Shown: piece after piece, positions 14,215 through 23,849 of the stretch
How the letters are laid out: the number at the start of each line of letters is the position of its first letter
Numbering within the stretch: position 1 is the stretch's first letter
From: Lama guanicoe
Lineage: Eukaryota
Direction of reading: 5' to 3'
Length of the DNA: 64,000 nucleotides
Assembly: GCA_013239625.1 (NCBI GenBank)
Contig: MU054931.1
Location: 372,001 to 436,000 of the forward strand
Translations under genes and position numbers: made by a program
Notes under the pieces: generated by a model
What the model was told of the DNA's origin: nothing
The model's database searches: none
Seen by the model: only the letters and a program-made list of their open reading frames with translations

Positions 14215-14220
14215 TTTAAT
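14215..14220 (-). terminator. ACKR1 proximal poly(A) signal ATTAAA
   Basis: Gene strand reads AGC TGA ATTAAA gtc, followed by U/GU-rich sequence (ctttttatg...ggtttctcattttgtc). Confidence 0.75.
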
Positions 14221-15213
14221 TCAGCTTGACAGGTGGGAAGAGAGCTTGGATTTGCCTCCAAGGGCATCCAGATGAGAAGGCTGTCTGGCCGAGAGAGGCA
14301 GGGTGGGTGAGGCAGAGTGAGTGGCCTGGTAGCAGAGCCGGGCTAGGAGCAGGGGCGTAGCCACGCAATGCAATATTGTCACGGCTTTCGCCAGGTCCAG
14401 CAGCACATCCAGGGCCTGCTGGGCTAGACATGCTGACAGCACCAAGGCCTTGGACCGCACTAGGGAGTCCAATCCCAGAATCAGCCCCTGCAGCCACCAG
14501 AAAGTGAACCAGACCCACAGGATGTCAACCCAGGGACACGGCCCCCTGCCTAGCACCTTCTTCAGTCCCTTGGCTCCCAACAAACCCAGTGGCAACAAGC
14601 TGAAGAGGGCAAAACAGGCCGCAGCATTTATGTGCCTCAAAACCCCCCATTCCCCGCTGAACGTCAGGGTGCAGAGTCCCTGGGAAGTGTCGCTGGCCAG
14701 CGTGACTGGCAGTGACAGTAGGGCCGCCACTCCCCAAAGTCCTACAGCGAGCCCCAGCCTGAGGCCTGGGACCTGGCTGGCATCCAGTTTGGGGCCCAGG
14801 CAGGCGTGGTATCCGATCAGCAGAGCTTGGGCAAAGGCTGAGCCGTATGAGACCAAGTGGGCCACGTGGCACAGGGAGGTGACGAAGGCCCCACTCAGCC
14901 CCGGGGCCTGGATGGGCACCATGATGCTGAAGAGAACACTGCCCACAGCCACCTGTACCAGGACAGCTCGGTCCCAGTAGAGCTGCCAGTGGAACAGAGG
15001 TCTGAGAAGCGCGTAGAGGACAGCCCCACCTGCCAGGATGCCCAGGACACTGGCAAGGATGAAGAAAGGCAGCGAGGAGTGGTCCAGCAGGGTACACGAG
15101 TGGCAGGGGGCAGCGGCTTCCAAATCGGAGAGGTTATAGTCCCAACTGTAGGACACATTCATCTCCAGCATCTCCTCATCAAAGACCAGTGTGGTAGGGT
15201 TCTCATCTGGCGC
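14221..15213 (-). CDS. ACKR1: Atypical chemokine receptor 1 (Duffy antigen/DARC), coding exon 2 (330 aa + stop)
   Basis: ORF 14221..15231 contains Duffy hallmarks [52 protein letters not shown] and HLDALGGKS. It has a 7TM pattern and no DRY motif. The acceptor ttgtcctccag|GCG puts the exon start at 15213, so the ORF-track start at 15231 is an intronic TTG. Confidence 0.98.
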   Translation of the reverse strand, partial: APDENPTTLVFDEEMLEMNVSYSWDYNLSDLEAAAPCHSCTLLDHSSLPFFILASVLGILAGGAVLYALLRPLFHWQLYWDRAVLVQVAVGSVLFSIMVPIQAPGLSGAFVTSLCHVAHLVSYGSAFAQALLIGYHACLGPKLDASQVPGLRLGLAVGLWGVAALLSLPVTLASDTSQGLCTLTFSGEWGVLRHINAAACFALFSLLPLGLLGAKGLKKVLGRGPCPWVDILWVWFTFWWLQGLILGLDSLVRSKALVLSACLAQQALDVLLDLAKAVTILHCVATPLLLARLCYQATHSASPTLPLSARQPSHLDALGGKSKLSSHLSS

Positions 15214-15634
15214 CTGGAGGACAAAGGGCAATCAGAGCATCTGGTTAGGCACCCCACTGACGAGTGTTCTGGGAACTGGGGGCAAGAGGCGGGGAGAGGA
15301 GAACAGAGGGGACGTGGGGGCTGGAAGCAGTGGCTGCAGTGGGGGTTGGGGGCAGACAAGGCAGGGCGACTCAGGAGAAGCAAGGCATCATGGAAGACGG
15401 AAGAGGGCAGCAGACAGGACGAGGGGAGCGGGGCAAGGTTGGGGGTCCAGGTGGAACTGACAAATGAGGCAAATAATGGGGGACCTAGGAGGCTGGAGTC
15501 AGAAGGGGAGAAGGGATAACGAGGGAGGGGGTAAGCGATGAGGAGAGACAGGGAGGAGTGGACAGGCCCGAGGGCAGACACAAGGGATGGTAGGGGGCAG
15601 AGAGGTAGCGGCTGTGGGCTCAGCCGACACTCAC

Positions 15635-15655
15635 CGGGCGCAGACAGTTCCCCAT
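15635..15655 (-). CDS. ACKR1: ACKR1 coding exon 1 (MGNCLRP)
   Basis: ATG GGG AAC TGT CTG CGC CCG|gtgagt. This 21-nt phase-0 exon matches the known MGNCLHR first exon. Spliced product is 337 aa. Confidence 0.96.
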
Positions 15656-15720
15656 GACACTGCTGGGCTCAGGGCAGGCGGAGAGAAGGGCTGGGATCGG
15701 TCTGTCAGTGGCTGTGGTTG

Positions 15721-15730
15721 CAAGATAAGT
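15721..15730 (-). promoter_or_regulatory. ACKR1 erythroid GATA1 box (intact)
   Basis: Gene strand reads cattagtcccaggcacTTATCTtgc about 70 nt upstream of the ATG, the same context as the human Duffy-null promoter site. A GC box (15787-15794) and an ETS motif CAGGAAGT (15799-15806) lie just upstream. Confidence 0.88.
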
Positions 15731-16899
15731 GCCTGGGACTAATGAAGGCCACCGGCTCTGGGCAGGGTCACAGGGCAGGCGGTGGCGGGGGCGGCATTCA
15801 GGAAGTCTTTACCTCACACCCACTGCCTGTCGGAGCCTCGGGACCCCGGGGGGCACTGTCCCGGGGCTTCCTGTTTTGAGATTGGATGCTGCTGCTAGGG
15901 ACCTGCACTTCGGGAAAGGAAAAAGGTGGGGACCAGAAAGCGGGTATTTTCCCGAAGGTGGAAAAGGAGGCTGGAAAGCCAGGGGTTTTTTTCCAGCAAG
16001 AAGGGATTCTTCAATCACAAGGAAGGAAGAGGGGGCCAGAGGTGAAGTCTGAGACAGAGATAAGAGACGTGCTGGGAAGTTGGAGGGAGAGGGCAGCCGA
16101 TGACTCTCACTGCTTCTCCACCACCTTGAACTTGCTCCAAGGAAAGGTAGTTCAAAAGCGATGTGTTGGTGGGAGGGGGTGTCAGTGCTGCCTGTGGCTG
16201 GAGCCTGGGCTGCTGACAACCTGAGTGGTATGTGTGCAGGCGAGGGCTCTCTGTGTATCAGTCTGGGTGCAAGGATGTACTTACTCATCTGTGCTCGGCC
16301 GTGTTGTGCATCACGTGGAACCTATCTGGGTGCTAGCTTTCAGGCAGGTGTCTGAGTGTGTGTCCTGATATCTCTGCGTCTGGGTGTGAGAGAAGGGAGG
16401 GCTGGGGGCAACTGTCAAGGCTACACAATGAAGCTACTTCAGGGAGCAACTGGGCATTGGCCCAGCCCCCCATGGGCACAGTGGATGCACCTTGTTACCC
16501 AGCAGAACACCTAATGTGACAAGTTAAGGCAGACTCTGGGGGACAACAGGACGGCCTATTTTAACATGGAACAGTTGCCTATGAGGTCATCTCTGTTCTT
16601 ATTTCTGTTGGGGGACATAAAGGCTCTGGAACGGCTACGTTGGCCTGGTGTCGTGGCAAGATGTGAAGGTCCTTATGCCGGGGGAGAGCTTCTCTGTCTC
16701 TCCAGCGGGCAGGGAGAAAGGGCGCGGACTCTGCACGAGGATCCCCAGAAGCCAACACCTCTGCTCTTTGGTAGTCCCCACCCCCGCTGCCTTCACCCAC
16801 CCTGACTCTGCATTTGATTCCCCCACTGGGGGAGACCTAGCCTGGACGTTGAGAGGGGTGGGTCATGGAGTGTCCGAGTCAGAACAATGAGATAGAGAG

Positions 16900-19453
16900 G
16901 GCTGGTTAGGTGACACTGTTTCATTTGTCCAAGAAAGCATGGGACGTGGTAGCCGGTTCAGCCAAGTGCTCTTTCCCACTCACAGAAGGATGCCTGGAGG
17001 TGGAGCAGGGAAGCCAAAGGGCAAAGGGATGACTGCCTTGCAGAGCTGGTCCCCTTTTCTCCCAGGACACTAGCTCCAGTTTCAGGTTCAACATGAGGGG
17101 GGCTAGAAAGTGAGTTTGGGGGTCTGCTGAAGGGGTCCCGGAGTGGTGTTCGGAGGTCTCCACTTCATCTCCGTCGTCTCCAGCACAGCCTGGCAGAGGG
17201 CAGTGGGGAGCTGTCAGATGCCCCAACCCAAACGCTCTGGAAAGCAAGGACCTGTCCAAAGGGGATGAATGCATTTCTCTCCCTTGGAGAGGTATAATTT
17301 TTCCATCCAGGGGTGCCCTGGGGCGCAAGCATGGCAGCGCACACACCACCCCCGGAGGCGCCAGGTGCGGGGGCACCAGCAGATAAGCCCCTGCGTACAC
17401 ATCCCAGCAGGAGCCGGAGCAGCAAGAAGGAGGCAGCTGAACGACACGGATAATCCAGATATATTGAGGGTGGCCCCTCTGAGATTAGCACAGGAGAGTT
17501 AGAAAGATTATAAAGATACACGGTGCCCTCCCTGTTCCCTTCCCCCCCCACCACAGACAGACACACACAGCACAACGGCCCCTCTCCCCCCGCCCCCCCC
17601 CGTACAAATATGGCTTCTGTGTAATATGGACAGAGTGGTTCAGCTCAAAGAGGAAAAGTCGTTTTCCCAAAAGCAAGTGCTGGGAGACAGGGAGCCGATA
17701 AGGCCCGAGGCCCTAGGCTGCCTGGCTGTGGGAAGAGGAGGGGGCCCTGGCTTAGGTGAGGGGCTGCCTGCGGTGCCTGGGGCCCTCACCTGTGGCTGGA
17801 AGATTCACAACGGCATTACCTGAACGGAAGGGGGTGGGCAGACCTGCTGGAGACAGCAGCCTCCACTCTGCGTGCCCCTGGGTTGTCCGAGCAGGGAGGA
17901 CATGCTGGAGGAGGGTGAGGGGGGCCAAGGGGCACCCCGGGTCTGAGGCGGGGCGGCTGGATGGGGAGGGTGAGTGGCCTCGTCTCCACGGCAACCAGCT
18001 CCGGCACGAAGGAAGACAGAAAATCCAAAGGAGGGGCGGAGAAGGGAAGGAGACAGGCGGTTGCATTCCCAGCCCTCAATGCACTGGGTACAGACTATGG
18101 GCAAAAGAAGTGACAGTGGTCATTCCAGGGTCAGCGCCAGGGAGAGGCCTGAGGGATGCATAGCAGAGGCTGTGGCACTGACTCATGGCTCTGAGAAGGG
18201 ATGTGGAGGCTGGGGTTGCTTGAGGGAGAGACGAGATGGACAACGGAGCAGAAACACACCCTGGGACTGCTTTCTGCATGACAGATGGGCACTGGGGCTG
18301 ACATGGAAAATAGCAGGGTGGAGCCACATCCCAGGTGAGGTGCAAAGCCTGCCTAGGAAGCCTCGGCTCCCAGAGCCCTTCTTCACATGCCCCACAGCCC
18401 GCCCACCTGCCCAGGAGCCCCTCTGCCTCTCACACACTCACACACATGCGCAGACACACACGCGAGCGCACACACGCATCCAGACACGTTATTCCTTTCG
18501 TTTGGGCAGGAAACAGCTCAGCGCAGTGAAGCTCCTTTTAGTATTTTTGTTGTTGTGTCTGCCTGGCTGCTGAGGGAGGTAGGGAGGACTGAGGGATGGC
18601 TTCGGGAACAGGAAGGGGCACAGGGCAGCACAAGACAGGGAGGAGAAGTTGCTGAGCAATGCCAGGAGAGGAGTGGTTGCCGTGCAACAGTCCGGGGCTG
18701 GGTGAGAGCGAGGGGCCCCTCGGCGCGGGGAGCAGAATCAGTTCAGGCCCCAGAGCAGAGCTGCTCCCACAGAGAGAGCCTGGAGGGGCAGCCTTGCTCT
18801 GCTGTACCCCCGGGGTGGTTCCACTCACTGTGGGGGGTGAGGGGGGGACGGGGCCACCTCTACCATCCTTCCTGTCCAAGTCTACCCCTCCTGCAGGCAC
18901 CCGAGTCCTCGGCACGTGGAAGCCCTGAGCCCCTGCGTGGCAACAGGCCATCTGCAGGTCTCGTGGCCGCGGGGACCTCCATTCACGCCTTTCCCGTCCT
19001 GGTGGGGGAGGGGTGTCAGGGCGATACCTGCTCCTCTGTCCATCACTCAGGGCGTGCGACTGACAGAGGAAAGCCACCTGCCGCTCCTGCTCACCACCTC
19101 CCCATTCCCGCGAAGCCCGGGAAGAGGCTCTGCTGCGGAGGGTGGAGGGCTGGGGAGAGCGGCCCCCCCCAACCAGCCCTGCTCCTTTCCTGCCCTTACC
19201 CTCTCCTCGTTCTCCTCCTAACACCCTGGGTTGTTTGTTTTGTTGTTTGTTTTTTGTTTTTTTGCTTTCCTCACCCCAGGGCCCCCTGCCCCTCCAGCCT
19301 GGAGACGGATTTGATTTGGGATTGTTACAAAAATAATAATAACCCAAACGCAAAGAAGCCACGGAAAGGGCTGAGGGCAGCCCTCCCATCGCTCTGTACA
19401 AGTCCGGTTGGTGATGGCCCCAGCAGTCCCCATGGGGTCCCTGGGGGGTGCCC
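16900..19453 (-). other. CADM3: Probable CADM3 3'UTR (~2.5 kb; distal end uncertain)
   Basis: Repeat-poor sequence after the stop. The best poly(A)-like hexamer is the variant AATGAA at 16920-16925. Confidence 0.55.
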
Positions 19454-19572
19454 CTAGATGAAATATTCCTTCTTGTCGTCCCCGCCCGACTGCCCGCCTT
19501 CTGCGTTGATGATGGCTGTGTCCGCGTCTGGAGCGTCGTCGGAGCCTTTCGCCTCGTGTGTCAGGTAGGTTC
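19454..19572 (-). CDS. CADM3: CADM3 exon 9 (cytoplasmic tail with protein 4.1-binding motif and PDZ ligand EYFI)
   Basis: cccag|GAACCTAC; encodes [38 protein letters not shown] then TAG. The nine exons total 1191 nt (396 aa + stop). Confidence 0.97.
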
Positions 19573-20412
19573 CTGGGGAGAGAGAGGCCCCTTCTTTCAG
19601 GAGCAGTTTCCAGACCTCTGAAGCCACCCCGCCCGCCCACTTTCCCAGCCACCCACACCTTGCTTCTGTAAGTTTTCTAGAGCTTTCTTCCCCCCCACCT
19701 GTGCTAATTTGCCTCTTGCTGCCAACATCCCTCACCTGACCACACCCCCAGGAATGAATGAATTCTGCCTTTAATTGGAATCTCATCTATAATACAGGCA
19801 AAAAAAAAATGGTGCATATGTGTGTATCTGGGTGTGTATACATGTAGATGCACGTGTGTGCCCTGAGGGGGTGATGAGGAAACTGCTACGTCAGCTCCAT
19901 GACAACGCAGTCGAGATCTGGCTCACCTGTGGCCAGTCCATGGAGTCCTGCTGGCTAGAGGCAGCACCCGAGGGAGGGAGAGATGGCAGGGATGTTGGAG
20001 AGGAGAAACAGGAAAGAGATGGTGTGGGGACCAGGAGCAAGGAGATCGAGGGACAAAAGCCATGAAGCTGCACAGGGAGGAAGGGCTGGGAGGAGATGAG
20101 GAGTTTCGGCAGTGGCAGTTGGGTCTTACAGCAGGAGACCCCGAGGCAGAGCTGCATGGGAGCAGCAGCCGACTGAGTGGGAAGGTTTGATGTGATCTGG
20201 ATGATCAGCAAGTGATCAGGCTCTACTGTGGGGTTGGTGGTGCTCCGTTATCCCGGGGTTGGCTGCGTTCTTTCTGCCTCAAACACTCCAAGGGGCCGAC
20301 TGCGTCTCCGAAGGTGCTTCCTGCATACAGCCAGCTCCTACCTGGCTGCCCCTGACTCATCTCCCTGCCCACTCCTCCCGAGTTCTCCTGCCGCTTCCCT
20401 CGTGCCTCTGAC

Positions 20413-20538
20413 CTTTGTGCCGGATCAAGTAGTGGCCGAGGAAGATGAGCAGGATGAGCAGGAGGAAGACGATGAAAGCCACGATCCCACCGATGATGGC
20501 ATGGTAGGTGCTAGAGGATGAGGGCACCGGACTGGGGT
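20413..20538 (-). CDS. CADM3: CADM3 exon 8 (stalk and transmembrane helix: PSPVPSSSSTYHAIIGGIVAFIVFLLLILLIFLGHYLIRHK)
   Basis: ctccag|ACCCCA ... AAAG|gtcaga; 126 nt. Confidence 0.96.
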
Positions 20539-23129
20539 CTGGAGGGAGGCGGGGAGGCACACAGTCAGATCTGGGAAGAACCTTTATCTTACAGCATTTC
20601 TCACCTGGTCACAGATACTCTTACTTAGCAGAGAACGTGGACTAACATCCGGAGAAGGGAGTGGCATCACTCAGCCAAGGGGATGTGTCTTACTTTGTAC
20701 CTAGTTTCCTACACGGTGTCTAGAACATAGTAATTGTTTTTTTAATTTGAGCATTCATGAATGACAAGATAAATCTGCTCACATATAACCTTTTAAGTTG
20801 AATTTGTGGATGTGAAGCTTGACCTTGGTCAAAGATCATCACTTTAACATCTAAATCATCTCTTGTTTTTATTCTCTCTCTGTGTGTCTGTCTCCTTTAT
20901 CTCTTTCTTTTAATTTCAAGGTTATCAAAGTATTCCTTCCTGATTCCCCATGCCCTCTTACCTCCTGTCTGCTTGATATCCTGAGCTGGCCTTTCTAGGG
21001 GACTTTGCAGCCTATTGACTCATAGCCCCAATATCATATATCAGATACCAGATTGGGAAGCAGTGAAAAACTGATGGAGCCAGGAATTAGGCACTTTGAG
21101 AGCACCTTACAAAAGACGATGGACTGTGACTTGCTGTATAAAGAACAATGTTCCTTCTTGGCAGGGGAGTTTAGAGTTCCAGCGGGACCCCATCCTCTAG
21201 CACGTCTCATCAGAGAGGCCTGGGACTCTGTCTTCACTTCCCCACCATCCAGAGATTTGTGGGAAGAGCAAAACTGAACTGCTTCCTCCCATGAAGCAAG
21301 GTCTCTGCCACTGGATACAGAGAATCCATCTTCCACAGGAGCATCTAGAGAGGACAGATCCCTGAGCGGACTTGGCCAGACATGCCAAGGAGAGCCAGCT
21401 GGAGTCAGAGTCCCACAGATCTCAGGAGACAGTGCACAGGCCCAGGACACAGTTCCAATGTGTCCAAAGTTATATAAGCTGTTGTTAAAACTCCCCCACC
21501 CATGGGCGAGCTACTGTTTTTCTTTTTTTTTTTTAATAGACTCAGCTTGAGTCTTGATGCCTCATTGACTCCTTATACATTTTGTCTTTCTTACCTTATG
21601 TCTCCTCAGGCTTGACTGGGCCAGTTTTTTAGTTCCTTGCCTGTCTCTGCCTTATTTGAAAAATAAATTTATGCTCTGGTTTTTATGCCCTGCTTGGGAG
21701 GGAGGGGCTGGTCCCAGGGGTGTCTATGCCATGAAAGGTGGGTGTGGGGGTGTAAGCTGGAGGAAGCTGAGGGATGTTACTCACTGCTTCCCCTGCCCCC
21801 CACCCCAGGGAGTATGCGGGATAATATCTACGTTAAAAATCAATCCTGAATAATTATCCCAGAGACTATGGAAATGGGAATTCCCTAGAAAAGCATAGGT
21901 TTCCATGGACAAAATGACCTCTGGGATCATCAGTTCCAGGTTGCTGTCTCTAGGTAGAGCTCCATTTAATTTCATTCCAGGCAGTTGGGAGTCAACAGTG
22001 TTCAGGATTAGTTTTGGAAGGAGATGCAGTAACTCATTCCACCGCCAGGCGTCAGCACTGGGAACAGATGTAGCCAAACAGGACTCGGGTTTCTTGCCCA
22101 GGGCAGGGGGACCAGCAAGAGACCAACCACAAGGGCACAGGAACTTCCTGTCACTGCCAATCGCCGTCAGAGTTGGTCTGGAGAGATCTGGGGGCAGACG
22201 CCGGGCTTCAGCGCATTGTCTCTGCTCCTGGCATCCGACAACACATCGTTTGTTGTGCTGAGGCAGTTCCCATGTGCTGAGTTCTGCCCCTGGAGCTGGA
22301 ATCACCCCATCTACATACTCGGGTCCCAAGATCTCTGGACCCTTATCCCTGGGAGGCCTGGCTGCTATCCCCACACTGCTTTAATGGGCATTCCAAGTAA
22401 GGGAGCCTCTGATGTTCCCCCGACAATGCATTTCCCCTGTTCTGAGAAAAGGCTTATGGAAGGCTTTCTGGCAGGACCCTACTGCTGTTGGGGGGTGGAG
22501 GGGTCTTCAAAAACATCTGCCAAATCTCCATCAAGGGGCCTCTGTCCTAGCCTGTCACATTTCCTGAAGCTGGCTTTTGTGGTCACACTTTTGGGAAGAA
22601 CTTCAGAGAAGGAGCACCACCTAGTCCCTCTAGAAGATATGACATCTGAGGAAGAGTCTGGCTGTCTCTCAGCATAGCACCGACTTATCTGTTTCCCCCT
22701 AGACTCGGTACAGCATGTCCGAGGTCGGCAGGGGAGGGGAGGACAGCCGTATGCAGCTCATGCTCCTCCCAGCAGAAGCCTCTCTGAGAGCTGCGTGGCG
22801 TAAAGGGAGATGCACCTACACTCACACTTGAGCGGCTCTGGGGCCCCCCCACCACCAAGAAGCATTATCTTTGTTGCCAGGGGAGCGCAGGGATGGGAGG
22901 ACGGTGTCATCAGGTCCCTGCTGCTGCACAAAGGCAGATGGAGAGCCCACCTTCCCACTGCTTTTCCTGACTCCGCATTCTATAGCCAATGGCCGTGGGG
23001 CTCTAGTCCTCGGGCCCCCTGGTGGTGGCTGCTGTGCCTTTAGTCCACTTGCAAGTGTGGTCTGGGGTTGCTGTGTAAACTGTCAGAGAGGAGGAGGGGG
23101 GTCTCTGGAGGAGAGCTGGGCGGGCTCAC

Positions 23130-23299
23130 CGTTGACATTGAGGGTGTAGTAAGCCTTGTAGCTGCCCATGTTGCTGGTGGCCGTGCAGCGGTAAGTGCCG
23201 CTGTCACTCTTGTTGAGGAAGGGGAAGATCAGGGCGCTGTCCTGCGTCATCTTTAGGGGTGGCACGCTGCCCTCCTTCTCCCACAGGTACTGCTGGGGG
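23130..23299 (-). CDS. CADM3: CADM3 exon 7 (Ig domain 3: PQQYLWEKEGSVPPLKMTQDSALIFPFLNKSDSGTYRCTATSNMGSYKAYYTLNVN)
   Basis: caacag|CCCCCAG ... AACG|gtgagc; 170 nt; DSGTYxC motif. Confidence 0.96.
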
Positions 23300-23758
23300 C
23301 TGTTGAGGCAGAGAAATCCCAAGTGTCAGGAGAGGGTCAGCCAGGGAGCTAACAGAGGACAAAACAAACAAACAAAAAAACCCAACAAAAACCCACAGAG
23401 GCCAAAACTGGGAGCAGGGAGGTCAAGGACATTTGGGTGAAGGCTCCAGAAGTTACAGGGGCCAGAGTCACCGAGCTGCTCCGAGGCAGGGGGAGGGTGA
23501 CCCCTTGGGGTTCAATCTGGGGACAAGGGAGATTTCCAAGCTTGTATCTTACTGTGACTCAGTTCCTTATGGGAACCCCAGGGGCTGAGCCGGGGGCGGC
23601 CCCTCCCCACTTCTGCTGCTTTGCAGGAGAAACGAGCAGGGGCGGGGCGACGTTAGTGTCGGGGAGAGCGAGGGGCTGAGACAACACAGGTGGGGAGACT
23701 TCAGGTGAAGTCTTGGTCTGTAGACATGGGTCAGAGGCCAAGAAATGGATCTTCTTAC

Positions 23759-23849
23759 AGGGGGTTGCCTCGGCCCTCACAGTGTAGCAACAGCTTCTGG
23801 CCCTCGCGGGGATGGGGAGGGTCCGGCCTGATCTTCGCCGTCGGTGTGT
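23759..23849 (-). CDS. CADM3: CADM3 exon 6 (TPTAKIRPDPPHPREGQKLLLHCEGRGNP)
   Basis: cacag|ACACAC ... CCCT|gtaaga; 91 nt. Confidence 0.95.

Noticed and set aside
14450-15581. ORFs of 140-220 aa overlapping ACKR1 in other frames or on the other strand
   Set aside because: Shadow ORFs of a GC-rich coding exon and its pyrimidine-rich intron.
18387-19457. 356-aa + strand ORF, and the overlapping 287-aa - strand ORF, in the CADM3 3'UTR
   Set aside because: Low-complexity translation running through CA repeats and T-tracts in GC-rich DNA, with no recognisable domain. This is the expected stop-codon depletion.
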